DNA of 49,142 nucleotides, filler included, from Bipalium vagum (Eukaryota): assembly GCA_037834085.1 (NCBI GenBank). It is 2 parts of 2 records of this genome, joined end to end, with 100 filler letters (N's around TTAATTAATTAA, not from the genome) between each part and the next. Parts side by side here need not be neighbours in the genome. Positions count along the whole stretch, not along the records: positions 1 to 20,978 come from JBBMKC010243381.1; 1 more part is not named here. One strand, 5' to 3'. Under the pieces are notes generated by a model that had not been told where the DNA came from, searched no databases, and was given only the letters and a program-made list of their open reading frames with translations. How positions within the stretch are numbered: the first letter of the stretch is position 1; each line of letters opens with the position of its first letter. The translations under genes were made by a program, and so were the position numbers. Shown piece after piece: positions 1-13,235 of this stretch.

Positions 1-724
1 ATGATTGTTCTTANNNNNNNNNNNNNNNNNNNNNNNNNNNNNNNNNNNNNNNNNNNNNNNNNNNNNNNNNNNNNNNNNNNNNNNNNNNNNNNNNNNNNNN
101 NNNNNNNNNNNNNNNNNNNNNNNNNNNNNNNNNNNNNNNNNNNNNCTGACACAATTTAAATTCATATCTTCTTAAAAGTTAAATATAATTTTCTGAAAAA
201 TTTTTCTTTTCCAAAACACTGTTAGAAATACATAAATGATCCATTTATGACAGAAAATTCTAATTGATTGATTTTATCAACTTTTATTAATAACATTTTC
301 ATTTGACAATATAATACTTTAATATATTTAGAATTTCTTATTTTCTAATTAAATTATAATTTTATTATCAAAATATTAAATTATTTAAGTGAAATATCTT
401 TGTATTTTAATACTGAAAATGGAAAATGTATTTTAAATATTTTTTAACTTTAGGTTTTGATTTTATTAATATTTTCGTTAATTAATAAATTGCATTTAAA
501 ATTTTTTTTTATTATTTACAACAAACGTAAAAAAGGGGTACGTATATCGAAAGAGATCCTTTTTAACGATAGTAACCAATATTTACATTCTTGATAAACA
601 AAAAAGTTCATAAAAAAGTTGTTATCTTTTGAAACATTTTTTTTGCTAAAGTTTGTATTTGGTAAGTCTCTTTTTTAAAAAAATTATAAGATTTATTGAT
701 TTTATAGATTTTATATTATTAACA

Positions 725-1200
725 ATGCATAGAAATTCGTACAGCATGAAAGATAAGCCTAAAGGTTTTGAAATTTTAAGGCAAAATAACAATAATGTTG
801 GTAAAACAGCAAGAGATTTTAGTATAACAAATAGGATGCTTCGGGATTGGAAAAAACAGCAGAATAAGATATAGGAAGTTGGAAATAAACCAACAATCTT
901 CCGAATGGGATTTGGGAGAACAGAATTATTTTCTGAGCTAGAAAAAGAGCTTAGGGCCTGGTAAACCACAGAGCGTAAGATTAACAAACGATTAGTTACT
1001 CACATTTGTCTCTGAAAGCATAATGGAAATTCAAGAAGCAGATGTAGTTAAATCCTTTCAACTTTCTGGCATATTTCAAAACGGTATAAATTTGCCCGAA
1101 GAGTTTTTAAATACCAGGCTAAAAGATATCTTATGTTCTTCAAATGTGGAAAACTTGAATTTATTTGATGATGATAATGGCTGTGTTGATTCTATTTAAA
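725..1200 (+). mobile_element. pogo/Tc2 (POGK/Kanga-like) transposase relic, internally deleted
   Basis: KTARDFSITNRMLRDWKKQ...GRTELFSELEKELRAW resembles Brinker-like plus CENP-B-type HTH domains, with stops. It is joined directly to a C-terminal VVKSFQLSGI motif. Pogo-type terminal motifs (GGGTCTTATTTT / AAAATAAGACCC) occur at about 2608-2670. Confidence 0.65.
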
Positions 1201-1225
1201 ATTTAGAATGAAAAAGTTATTAATA

Positions 1226-2547
1226 CAATGTCGTTCATATGTTTTGGGCCACCATGTAAAACTGGACATAATAGTAGATTATGGTTTAAATTAGAAGTTT
1301 TATGATTTGAACTACTTTAATTTAGATACATGCTGATGTTAGCTTTATATTTCATTAAAAATTAATAATAATAAATGTTTTATAATTATTAAAATACATT
1401 TGTTATAACAAGGTGTTTTTTTAAAAAAAATTTGATGTTTTTTAATTATATAAACTATTTTAAGGATTAAATTAAATTTTTAAGTAAAATCTATATCTAC
1501 AACATTTTACTAATGGTTATGTAATGTATTTTTTTAATTTTAAAAATTCTTTTGTTAAATATGGCTAATATATCAATAGATATTAGGAAAGTAGTCATTA
1601 AAAAACTGAAGGAGGGTTTGTCTCAGAGGAAAGTTTTAAATGAACCAAATATTTCAAGGAAGGCTGTTCAACATATTTTGCGGAAGCTGCAACAACATGG
1701 AACATTAGAAAACTTATGTAGAAGTGGTTGTAAGCCGAAAAATACACAGATCAGAAAGATCACTTATTCGGATGTCAAAGCAAAATTCCCAAGCGCATTC
1801 TAAGAAAGTATGGGTTGTTCGGATGAATTGCAGCAAAGAAACTATATTTAAATGAGTAACATATCAAGAATCGCTTAAAGTTAAAGAATCGCAAATTGTT
1901 TCCTTTTTTATGGAATAAGGTGATTTTTAGCGATTAAAGCCTGATAGAACTGTTCTCCAGAAGAAGAGAATACGTTGGCAGACCGACAGGATAAAGGTAT
2001 AATCCAAGTTATGTCCGGGTCAATCACTAGATCTGAATATAAATGAGCCATTTTAGGCTGATCTGAAAGCTAGAGTTGCTATATGTAGATCGGTAAATAT
2101 TCAGGCACTGTGAAAAAATTCGGAGGAGCAGTAGACGATGATTTCAATATCTAAGATTAAAAATCTTTATGAAAGCATATCTAGAAGGATCTATGAAGTA
2201 ATTAAAAATAAAAGTATGAATTAAAGGTGCTAATTTCGAGTATCGTAATTGTTCATGAGGTTGAATGTTTCTTAAAATGTGTTTGCTTATTTGAAAAGTA
2301 AATAAAAGGTGTTTTACTGATGTTTTAGTCTTGTATTTAAAATGACTTAAAAATGATATTTTTGAAAAATTTTGTTTTACCACATTTACAAAGACAATGC
2401 TTTGAAAATTTTTGATTGGAAACATGTACTTCAACATATTCTCTCATATAGTTAAATAAAGACACGAATCAAAGTAGGTATAGTATTATATATCCATCAT
2501 TTTATGGAAAATAAAAAATGGTGGCTTAAAACATATGGACGGCATTG
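1226..2547 (+). mobile_element. Tc1-family element, decayed, both TIRs present
   Basis: Imperfect ~30 bp TIRs (CAATGTCGTTCATATGTTTTGGGCCACCAT / ATGGTGGCTTAAAACATATGGACGGCATTG) flanked by TA. ORF 1552-1803 is a Tc1 paired-like HTH (GLSQRKV...ISRKAVQHIL...RSGCKPK), followed by WNKVIFSD* remnants. Confidence 0.9.
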
Positions 2548-3049
2548 TATATTTAAATTAATCTTGTTTTCAATATTAATTTTCGGTTTTTCCAGTTATT
2601 GGAGACCGGGTCTTATTTTTGAATTTATTTTACGTTAGAAAACTCCTGTTTTCTTCGAAAATAAGACCCTGTCTTCGAACCATTTCCGGAAAATAAAAAC
2701 AATATTTAAATATTTTTTTTATTTTAATAAAACAACTACTTTTTATATTTTTAATTGATTTTTGATCACTTATTTACAAATATATTATTTCCTAAAATAA
2801 CAAAATTTTGTTTAAATCAGTAAATATTTATATTCTTGTAACAATCACTTAAAATTATCTTTATATTTCTTTTTCTGACATTTAATTCAGTTTTTGGAAT
2901 AATCTATCATGAATAATCATTTTTTTAAAAAATAAAAATGTTCACTTGAAAAAAGTATGCGAAAAATCTATGGTATTCAAATAAACAAAACGGTTTGAAT
3001 TATCTTTCGGTAAATCTTTTTCGTATTCTGTTGCCATGTTTTAATTTTA

Positions 3050-3400
3050 TTTATAAATAATAATTGCAAACGATTTAGAAGTTTCACCGTCTCCCAAACT
3101 TATTTCTACTTACATTTACATTTATGGAAACTAATGACGAGAATTAGTTTACTTACAAAATGACTAAAACCCATTACCAAATGCAATTAACTGCCCCTTT
3201 CACTGTAGCGATAGTTATGATGGAATGTTATTTTTTCCCTATTTCTTTAAGAATCTTGCCATAACAAAACAAAGAAAAAGTTTCCTTCAAATATCTTTTC
3301 AGATCTTGATATTTATGATCTCGAATTTTTAGTCACATTCCACAAATATTATTTTTAGACAAACTGAGGATTTATTTGTTATTTATTTGGGTATATTTTA
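3050..3400 (-). mobile_element. Highly decayed Tc1-like fragment
   Basis: Weak remnants resembling the ATVK(H)GG..VW motif on the minus strand. Confidence 0.3.
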
Positions 3401-3641
3401 TTAAAAAGTGAAGATCACATGTAAAAAACAACGTCGATCTTATTCTGGTTTTCTTTTATCAAGCTTAATATGATTTCTGAGTCAAACATGAAATTTATGG
3501 ATCTTGATCAGGCGGTTAGGCATATATTTTATCTGTCAAAAATTATTTTTAGTAAAATAAAATTAAAAAATTACTAAAAATTTGAAATTAGACAAGTCTT
3601 AAGTGAAAATTATTGTAAAATACTCACAATGAAGTTAAAGG

Positions 3642-3860
3642 TATTTGGGCGAACCAAAAGTTTGTGCGTCTTTAGTTCAAAAATTGCAACATTAATACAT
3701 ATATATTAATAATATAATATTTAAGAAAAACAAAATGAAAATAAACGACGTTTGATTCGATAGTCTGAAGGAATATATATGCCTTACGTGTACAAGTTAT
3801 GGTCCGCCTTAATATCATCCATTTATCGAAGGATGGAAAAAAAATAAAGTAAAAATAACA
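3642..3860 (-). mobile_element. mariner 3' end fragment
   Basis: TIR-like GAACCAAAAGTTTGTGCGT matches the mariner TIR at 46341 (GAACCAAAAGTTCGTGCGT). It is followed by a C-terminal remnant (TIESN). Confidence 0.5.
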
Positions 3861-5449
3861 AATATATTGAATATTTTTTATAAAAATTTTAAAAGAAAAA
3901 CTTAGAACCAATCGAAATCAAACGTTGAGTTATAAAATAATGAGCCTAATTTATTTTTGTAGTTACAGAGTTATGCAGAAATATATAGAAAAAAAATTTC
4001 ATGACAAATACACGAGAGGAAATGTACACTAAATAAATTCTTGTCTCGTCAAGGCTTTTTCTATAAACCGCCTCATGTTGCGAAAATAAACACTTGCATG
4101 AGTACTTGGGTAATCCATTCTTTTGAAAACCATACCGATCTACAATGGTTCTCATATATACACTAAAACATCAAACCATTTTATTAATTCAAGTATGCGC
4201 ATAATTTAATTATCGAATTGTTGTTGATATGATCAGGTGAGGAATAAAAATTAGGAGACCTTTAGTTATGAAATAAACATTATTTAATCAATTAACAAAA
4301 GGCTGTAGGAGATTAAGGAAGTATGCGTAATTATAATGGGAGAAATATCATTGAATTTAGATCACTTTGACAGTCATGGCGAATTAGGACACTAAAGGTA
4401 GTTGAATAATAATTAAGTAAATGGTATACCAATATTTGATGATTGGCAGTTGAAAACAGATATAAGAACTTAATATGTACAAACTAAATGTAGTGATTTA
4501 ACTTGATGTGCGGAAAGAAAGGTTTCTTTAATAAATAAGAAAGGTAGCAGGATAAATATTAGAGGCAGTAAGCAAATTAGCATTGTAATACAAAACTATC
4601 TTTATAAAGAGCAAAAAGACAAATCTGTGTGTTTTTACGTTTTCTCACTGTATACATTTTCTAAAACCTTTTTTTGTTTATTTTTAATCAATTGTTTTTA
4701 TAGATACATAATTATTGCTTATGTATCATAAATAAGTATTAAAAAGATGAAGAAATCGGAAATATTCTCATAAAATATATGATTTACTAAGAAAGATTCA
4801 AAACAGTTGATTTATGTATGAAATATATATATAAATTATTAATTTAGTAGACTGTCAGTACTAATTTCCGAATTCAGTATAGTCTTTGATTGATGTCAAT
4901 AAAATTATAAAATAATATTATTTTATCTTTATTTCAATTACTAATATTCCACTGTGTGTATGGTAAAATTATTGATTTAATTCGAAATATATAATATTAT
5001 TTATATAATAGAAGTCATATAATAATATATAATAAAAATAATATTAACTGAAATAAATATTAAAATATAAAAATAAATAAATGGATATTTTGTACAAAAT
5101 ATACAGTGTATATTTTTTCGAGTCATTAAATAAGGAAAATAAATATATTGGGGTAAATAAATAAATAATAAAGTGTATTATTACATAAAAATAATATATT
5201 AAAAAATAACTATTATTTAAAATAAGTTTTTATATATATTATTGATTTTCTTAGATAAAATTAGTTTTATTGATCATTTTTTAAATTTAATTATAAATAT
5301 AGTTAAATTATTGAAAAACTGTGGGTTCGAGTCACTATTTAAATCTTAAATCAAATGGGTATAAAAGTAAATAAATTATAAGGTTGGAAATAAGTCTTTA
5401 ATGAATTCATATTAAACAAAGAAATTCAAATTGTATTAAATAAAATAAT

Positions 5450-5695
5450 TCTAATCAATAATATATTGTGCATTACTTTCAATGACTGTCTCACATCGTT
5501 GTAGTATTAATTCTATATCATCCTTAGAAAAACGAAATCGGTGATAACCAACTCAATCTCTCTCTTGTCTTTGAAGTGCTTTCCAGTCAGAAAATTCTGT
5601 AAAGATTTAAATGTGATAAACAGATGGCCCGATGTCCTGGATGAGGAAGAAGATCCCATTCGAAGTCTTTCAATTTTTCCATAGTGACTTTAGTA
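5450..5695 (-). mobile_element. mariner transposase C-terminal relic
   Basis: The minus strand reads TMEKLKDFEWDLLPHP...DIELILQRCETVIESNAQYIID*. Confidence 0.75.
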
Positions 5696-5703
5696 GTATA
5701 AGG

Positions 5704-5706
<3 letters not shown>

Positions 5707-5734
<28 letters not shown>

Positions 5735-5778
5735 TATTATTATTTATTATTATTATTGTTATTATTATTATTATTATT
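5707..5778. repeat. (ATT)n microsatellite, imperfect
   Basis: Read directly from the sequence. Confidence 0.95.
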
Positions 5779-5939
5779 AATCTGACGAAAGAGCTGTTAA
5801 AGTTCAATTATTATAAAATCTTACATCCTGGTCATATCGAAAATATCTCAGTTATCCACAGATTAATCATAAAATTTTGATAATATAATGAACACATGAA
5901 ATAATTTCGACATTAGCCGATTTCATTAACTCTAACATT

Positions 5940-6350
5940 ATTTTTTATACGAACTCCGGTTCAAGCACATGGAAATGTGGTTAGAGAAAGAAATTAATGA
6001 AAACTTAATTATCAAATAAAAATACGTTTTGTCAGAAGAAACTCGATTTCGCAGGTATAAATATATAAAACTAATGACACACAGCTCTTATTCACCTGAT
6101 TTATCATATTGTGATTTCCATTTGTCCAAAACCATAAACAAAATACACAATGGACGCTTTTTAACGACTGAAGCAGCTATTTCCGAATTCTGAGTATGAA
6201 AGACTTTAGAATGGAAAAATTACTTCGAGAATTGGTTCGATAGGACGCAAGTGTGTTGATTTTAAAGCCGATTATTTTGAAAAAATAAATCTATTCTTTG
6301 TTTGGTTTTTTCAAGTACACGATTCCGCAAACTTTTCCAACCTTTCTAGT
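5940..6350 (+). mobile_element. mariner transposase C-terminal relic
   Basis: SYSPDLSYCDFHL and EWKNYFENWFDR..CVDFKADYFEK remnants. Confidence 0.75.
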
Positions 6351-7788
6351 TTTCATTTAATTTATTGAGAAAGCGTAGGTACTATCATCAGACACAATTC
6401 TGTAATCAAAGAATGTTACTTTATAAAATGACAAATTGAAATATATCATTTAAAATTGTTATAAATACCTCTGAAGAACAAAGTCAACAATATAACTTGA
6501 ATCACAACAGAGGTTCATGGAATACAAAGTATAAAATAGTTAAAGAATTATATGTTATGATTACGTAAAAAATATTAAAAAATAAAATATAGAGGGAAAA
6601 TATTTGAGAAGAAAATGAAAAAAACATGCCTCACTCAGTGAGTTGAATTTCATAGGCCAATAAATCTTTTTCTGTAATTTTATTCGAACTGAAAATAATT
6701 AAATTAATACAATTTTAGATCATGGTTTAATTAAAAAATGAGCAAAAGAGTTTTTAGTATCAAGCACTTCATTAGTGAATAAAAGTTTTGATTTATGAGA
6801 CTTCAGAAAATGAGACTTATTTTTGTAAAAGGATTGTTTTGATTTTTTTTATAAAAATAGTAAAGAAAATTAAATTTCAAAAATTAAAGTAAAAAATCTT
6901 CTGGAATTATAATTTTTTAGGATTATTGAAAAAATCAATTTTCACAATTAATTTTTTTATAAAAATAAATCTATTATATTCACAGTAAGTTTTACAATAA
7001 CATTCGGTACACTGGATTTAGAAAATTGTTGTAAACATTGATATTTTAGCTTGTACAAAATAAGGACACAGTCTCACATTTTATTATTTTATTCGGATTT
7101 CATTCGATATAGATGCAGCGTTCTGTTTTTGTTTTAAATGATTAACTTAATCTCACAGTAATATTAATTTTAGCTTTACTTTTGTTACTATAGAGTATGT
7201 TAATTAAAAATAACGAAAGTGGTTGCTATTAAGGTAGATGCGCTCCCACAAAACGCTCCGCTTATTAAAAATATCACTTTGTTAGTTTGGATTCTAAAAA
7301 AATTGTATAACATCAGAAATACTAAATCCATAAATATTAAATTAATCTTGACAAAAGACCTGCGGTGATATTGAAGTTCAACTTTTTATTTTTCTGATTT
7401 AATTTAAATTGAAAAAAGATAATGTGTTTCAAAAGTAGTGCCGCAAACTTTGAACAAAAATAATTTTAAAACCATAATAATATTTCAAATATTTGTATTT
7501 TATATGAAAAACGAAGAAAAGATGTGCAAAATAATATAAACTAAACATGATAAACACCTTTATTTTAAATCTGGTTCAGTTTTTTGTCCAATTGTTAAAT
7601 AGTGATTTCTCACGATTTTGAGTCACTCTCTTGGATATCCTAGACTAATTGATTTTGAAAATTTAAAGATTATATTGTTTCTTAACACCTTGTTTAAATT
7701 CTCTTTTAGTGAAGCCCCAAAAACTTTTTATAGAACGCGCTTGAGGTAAGTTAGGAGGCTTTTTTGTTTCGATACATATTTGATGTTA

Positions 7789-7868
7789 TCAGATTGTGTA
7801 GTATGAAATTTGTAGGTAATGTATGAATGTAGGATATCATTTTACAAATTTCATACTACACACCCTGA
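7789..7868. mobile_element. 80 bp micro-MITE
   Basis: TA|TCAGATTGTGTAGTATGAAATTTGTA ... TACAAATTTCATACTACACACCCTGA|TA: 26 bp TIRs with 2 mismatches and a TA target duplication. Confidence 0.8.
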
Positions 7869-7952
7869 TATATTCTCTAATTCCTCCAATCCATTTTTGT
7901 AAAATGTATGAAGGCCAAATCTCATTTATACCAAAAATTAACATGTTATATA

Positions 7953-9245
7953 TTAGGTCTACAAATATGACTCCGCCGTTTTACCTTTATTTAAAGTCAA
8001 ATAAATAAAAAACAACCAAAGCAAATTTACAAAAGATTTTTATTAAAATTAATTTCCTTCACTCATGACAACGTTTTCCCAAAGTTGTGGCAGTTTATGT
8101 ATGCCATCATAGAAAAAATTATTTGATTTAGAAGCAATCCAATGATCTAACCATTTTTTACATCCTCATAAGTCATAAAGCTGTGCTCTGACAGACCATG
8201 TGCCATCGAACGGAATAAATAATAATCCGACGGAGCAATGTCTCGAGAGAGGATGGCGGGTGGGATAAGACATCCCATTTCAAATGTTTTATAGCCTCAT
8301 CAACGGTTTTTGCGACATGAGGTCGAGTGTCGTCATGAAGCAATATTATCTTTCCATGTCTATCAGCCCATTCTGGTCGTTTGGCAGCGATTTCTTCGCT
8401 TAGTTGCATTAACTGCTGTTGAAAGCGATTGGCAATCACGGTTTCAGGATACCTAGACGTTGTAGTACAGGATACCTTTTTGATCCCATCATATGCATAA
8501 CAATACTTTTTTCCCATGAATATTTGCGCTCTGGAGTTGACTTTGTCAGCTGACCTGGATCAACCCAAGATCTTTTTCGTCTGGGATTGGAGAAATATAT
8601 CCATTTTTATCGCCAGTTATTATACGATGAAGGAAAGATTTTCTTTTGTTCATTTTGATCAAAATTTTGCATGTGGTTTTTCTCTGCTCTTGGTTTCTTT
8701 CTGGTAATGCATGAGGTACCAGCTTTACCATTTTTAGAATCTTTCCTAAGCCGTGTAAACGATTGGAGATTGTTTGTTGGGAAACATTCAATGAAGCAGC
8801 TAATTGTATCTGAGTTTGACAGTCATCTTCGTCCAACAAGTCTTGCAAATCAGGGTCTTCACTTTTTTTTGGTGGAATTCCGTGGGCATTGTCATTAAGG
8901 TTAAAATTGCCAGTTTTGAATTTTTGAAACCATTCCCGAATGTTCTTTCAGCTAAAGAATTGTTACCATAAGCATGTACTATTAATTTATATACTTCGGC
9001 AGCATTTTTTTAAAATTAAATAAAAATAATAAAGCTTCCCGCAAATGGTTATTTTCCGGCACAAATTTTGTCATCTAAAATAGTAAATAATTAATGATGT
9101 ACAAACTATTTAAAAAATTATTATATTATTATAATTAGCGCTCAAAGTGAATATTATTTAAACAACAACAAATATACAAAAAAATAATTTCAATTTAATT
9201 TAATTATAAAAAATAAAAACGGCGGAGTCATATTTGTAGACCTAA
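7953..9245 (-). mobile_element. Full-length (1293 bp) mariner, mauritiana (Mos1-like) subfamily, frameshifted transposase at about 9074-8045
   Basis: Identical 30 bp TIRs TTAGGTCTACAAATATGACTCCGCCGTTTT with TA TSDs. The transposase starts MTKFVPENNHLREALLFLF and includes LVPHAL, FLHRIITGD, ILLHDDTRPHVAK and WDVLSHPP, ending HKLPQLWENVVMSEG. Confidence 0.96.
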
Positions 9246-12200
9246 TATGAAAAAAAGCTTACTTAATATTCTTTTAATTTTTAAAGTATAGGCTACTACT
9301 TTTGAAACACACTACATTATTATACTTGTATTTTAGGTTGTCAACAAAGTATATTATTCAGTATATTTTATACATATATAATTATCGCAAATCGAATAGT
9401 TTTTAATTTTATTATAGTCACAGCGTGTTTTGTTTAAATGAACTACATAAATATGACATCAATTAAATTATACATTTTACATTTATTCGTGTCATTATGT
9501 TTCTATTTTTGGAATAGAAAATGTGTTCCTTGCTTATGTATTATTTCCATGGCGTGTAAAGTGCTTAGATGGAGTGAGATAATTGATTGCCACAAATTCT
9601 GTGAGCAATTTGACACATTAAGTAAGAATCTGATTAACAAGTGACTAGGTTTAGCCAAAAGATAATTTTTGATTTTTCTACACGTTAATGTCAGGCTTCA
9701 TATGTGAAAATAGAAATAGATAGTAGTAAGTAATGATACACCGACTATAAGGATTATAGCTAAGATATTTGTCCAACAAATCTCCACATATTTAGATTTT
9801 ACTTAGCGCTTCCAGCAGGGGAAAAGAATCCAAGATGAAGATGAGATCATAATACCGGCTAATATTTGGTTACCCTAAGGGATATTTTGTAAAATAGGAC
9901 TTGTAGAAAAACGAGGATCCATTTTGACTAAAATGATACATAATTTTTCATTTTCTAAGTATTATATTTATCACGAAAATGGGAATTCTAATCTAATTTA
10001 TTTATAAGGCTTATTTTATTTGCATCCATATAAGTAATAATTGATTTTATTATATATTAATTGATTACATATTAATTGATTTTATAATATTAAGAAAATT
10101 TAAGTCATAATCTGATATATTTTTAAGATTTATTTTATTTTGATCGTTAAAAAAGTAATTGATTTTCCAATGACTTGAATAACTCAGGAATTTCCTCGTT
10201 TGTATATCAGGAAATGAGGAAATTGAAGGTGGGGCTTATTATTGTTTAGATAATAATCAACATATAAAATAATGCTTATGTTACTATGCCATACGAATAA
10301 AAAAAGTTAACCTTAAGACATATTTTTATAGAGTAATTTATTTTTGGAATTACAGGAATTCAAAAAATGTTACGTAACAGCATTTATTATGTGATAACCA
10401 AATCTCAACAAATATTACTTCTATAATAACGGCTTATGGGGAAATCATTTTAAAAATTCAGGAAAAAATTATTGTTTTGCTAATATTTCCTCCAAATAAT
10501 GTAGTTTTAATGAAGAGTTTCAATTTTCGATTTATTTCTATATCAATAGACGTCTTTTGTTTATAGCACAAGGTTCTTTTGATATTTTCTTTAATTTTAT
10601 TAAACTTTTTATCATGTTTTAAGAAATTCCATGATAAAATAAATAACAATTGTCTTTAACTCATTGTATTGTATCATTTGATAATATCATGTTTCAAATT
10701 AGTACTTTAAGAGTATCTTAACATCTTTAAATATTATTTGTAGAAGTAAATCANNNNNNNNNNNNNNNNNNNNNNNNNNNNNNNNNNNNNNNNNNNNNNN
10801 NNNNNNNNNNNNNNNNNNNNNNNNNNNNNNNNNNNNNNNNNNNNNNNNNNNNNNNNNNNNNNNNNNNNNNNNNNNNNNNNNNNNNTTGGGAAGATCGGCC
10901 AATGATTTGAGGTGCAAGATCACAAGGCTTGTTCCCTTTAAATTTATTTGTTTGGGGATTTCTTATTTACATAGTGTACTCAAGAAAGTCTAGAACTATC
11001 CAAAGAGTTGAAGAATTTAATTATTGATTATTCAACAAAAAAATGCCCTAACGTTTACTAATGGTATTTCTTATTCATAAATGTTTAAGTCAAGATAAAA
11101 TGACACAAATGTTGAACATAATTAAATTCTATTAATAAAATGCTTGTAGAGTTTCGTTATTATCATTTATTGTTTAGTTGTTATTAAAAATTAAAATCCT
11201 AGTGTTAACCTGTATAATATTAATAAATTAAATTAAATGCAATAAAAAATAAAAAAATAAAAAATAAAAATAAACAAATATTTAAATGTTAAGATAAAAA
11301 TAAATCAGGTACGTTTAAATTAATTTTCGTACATAAATGCATTATAAGAATAATGAATAATGTGGAAAAAGACGTAAAAATTCACACAAAAAGAAAAGAT
11401 ATTTACATAGTTTGAACTATCACTTTGAAAGTAATAAATCAAGTAGTAAATCCTTCCAAAATATCACTGAATTTTCTGATATATCAATTATTTAAAAAAG
11501 GAAAGTGTCCAACAATACGAATAATCAATTTTAATCAGAACAAAAGTTTAGCGAATTGTCAGTAGTAACGGATCAGTTTTACAACTCATTTATGGAACGG
11601 GGAGATATATTTTATTTTCTCTGTTCAGTCCTGGAGCAAATGAATAATTTATAGTTTATTTCTACCTCTAAAAGGTGTCATATACAAAGTAAATTAAGCC
11701 CGTGTCTCTCAATTAGAAATATAAAATAATAAAGATGAATAGTAAAAGTTACCTTTTCCTAGAGGTTAATATTATTAAAGAGAATGTCATTCATATCATC
11801 AATAAAAATTTTATTTTTCTCAAAAGTCCGAAAAAAGTATACCATCCCCCAGTTTAGAGAATATCGATTACCAAGAAAAGAATATAATAAGAAATATATG
11901 AAATAACCTAATAAAGATCGAATTTTTTTCAATATTTTTAGATAAAGTATCACTACGTTATACCAATATTATCAATCATAATCTATAATATAACGAAACA
12001 TATTTCCATGCAACATTATTTAAAAATATTTATAAAATATGGAATATGTAACGGTTTCAGTTTTGTAGGAAAATACGAAATGATTAATTATTGATAGTTG
12101 ATAAAAATAATTAAAAAAATAAATAATATATGAATATAATATAAAATAATATATTAAACGAAATGTTTTCCAACGACAAGTAATGCAATGATTAAGGTAA

Positions 12201-12419
12201 TAATTTTTTTTATTTAATTAAATTTTTAATTTTAAAATCCAACATTAATGAAGAAATTATTAAATTTCTATTTTAGAATTAACTGGAAGCATTCTCTGAA
12301 TTAAAAGTTTTAGTTTTTTTATTCCTTTTATCAGGTCATTATTTTTTATTCTTTCTGCTCTATTAAAGGTAGATAAAGTTTGAAATTTCGTATTCAGTGT
12401 AAATATTTTATTAGGCTTA

Positions 12420-12900
12420 ACGCAGCACAAATTGTCAAAGTCTTGGACGAAATAAACAATAAGTAGTAAGATATAGATCCGGTGAGTCTGTTGGAGGAGG
12501 AAGAATCGTATATCGAAGCTTCTTCACTTTGCTGAGTTTATTTTGTTATTACATGCGCCTAGCTTTGTCATTCAACAAAATTGAGAATTTCCTGCTGACA
12601 ATCGATGGGTGACTAATCTTCAATGTTTGGGTGCATAAAACTGGACGCAGCTAACTTCTGATGTCATTGATTCACCGAATTTTAGAAATTCCTAATGAAC
12701 TAAACGGCTGTTCACTATATCAATATCCTTTTGGTTGCAACTTGGTGTTGCATAAGAATTCTGAATGAAACCCTTATCTATTCACTACATTGTCGTTTAT
12801 TCTTGGGCCCATTTTAGTCATAGGTAATCAGTAAAAAAATAAAACAGATATAATATTATTATACTCGTTTTTGAAGATTACTTAATCAACACGGTATCCA
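12420..12900 (-). mobile_element. mariner relic
   Basis: The minus strand reads ILLNDKARR...KLRYTILPPPTDSPDL..YCLFRP. Confidence 0.65.
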
Positions 12901-13193
12901 TTTGTTTTGTTGTCTTGCCAATCTGTTATAGGTACTAGGAAATTTTTGAGAAAACTCTAGATTGCTTTTGTTATCTTTTAATCTGTTGGTTTGACTCAAT
13001 CAATCGGTTTTATTCATAATCTCAATTGATCCTCTTTGTTATATTAACTTCAAATTTACCATGAAAAAAACTGGCAAAATACCAATTCATGAACAACCTT
13101 CTCATTAAAGGTTCATTTAAAATTCTAGTTAATTCAGCTGCAGCACTTATAAGTTTAAATTTGTACAAATAATTTGTCCACATTTAATCTTTT

Positions 13194-13194
<1 letters not shown>

Positions 13195-13234
<40 letters not shown>

Positions 13235-13235
13235 G
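13195..13235. repeat. (ATT)n microsatellite
   Basis: Read directly from the sequence. Confidence 0.95.

Larger units (their letters stand above)
7420..9314 (-). mobile_element. DD37E/TRT-like Tc1 relic (outer element of a nest)
   Basis: Perfect 17 bp inverted repeat TGTGTTTCAAAAGTAGT (7423-7439 / 9295-9311). Minus-strand remnants *DLAFIHFTK and PPNLPQARSIKSFWG resemble the WPDLASCHY and NPPNxPQxRPIExFW motifs of DD37E transposases. Confidence 0.65.

Noticed and set aside
5632-5880. ORF with poly-Tyr/poly-Ile (also 43929-44126 and similar short ORFs)
   Set aside because: Translation of (ATT)n microsatellites or AT-rich low-complexity DNA; no coding signal.
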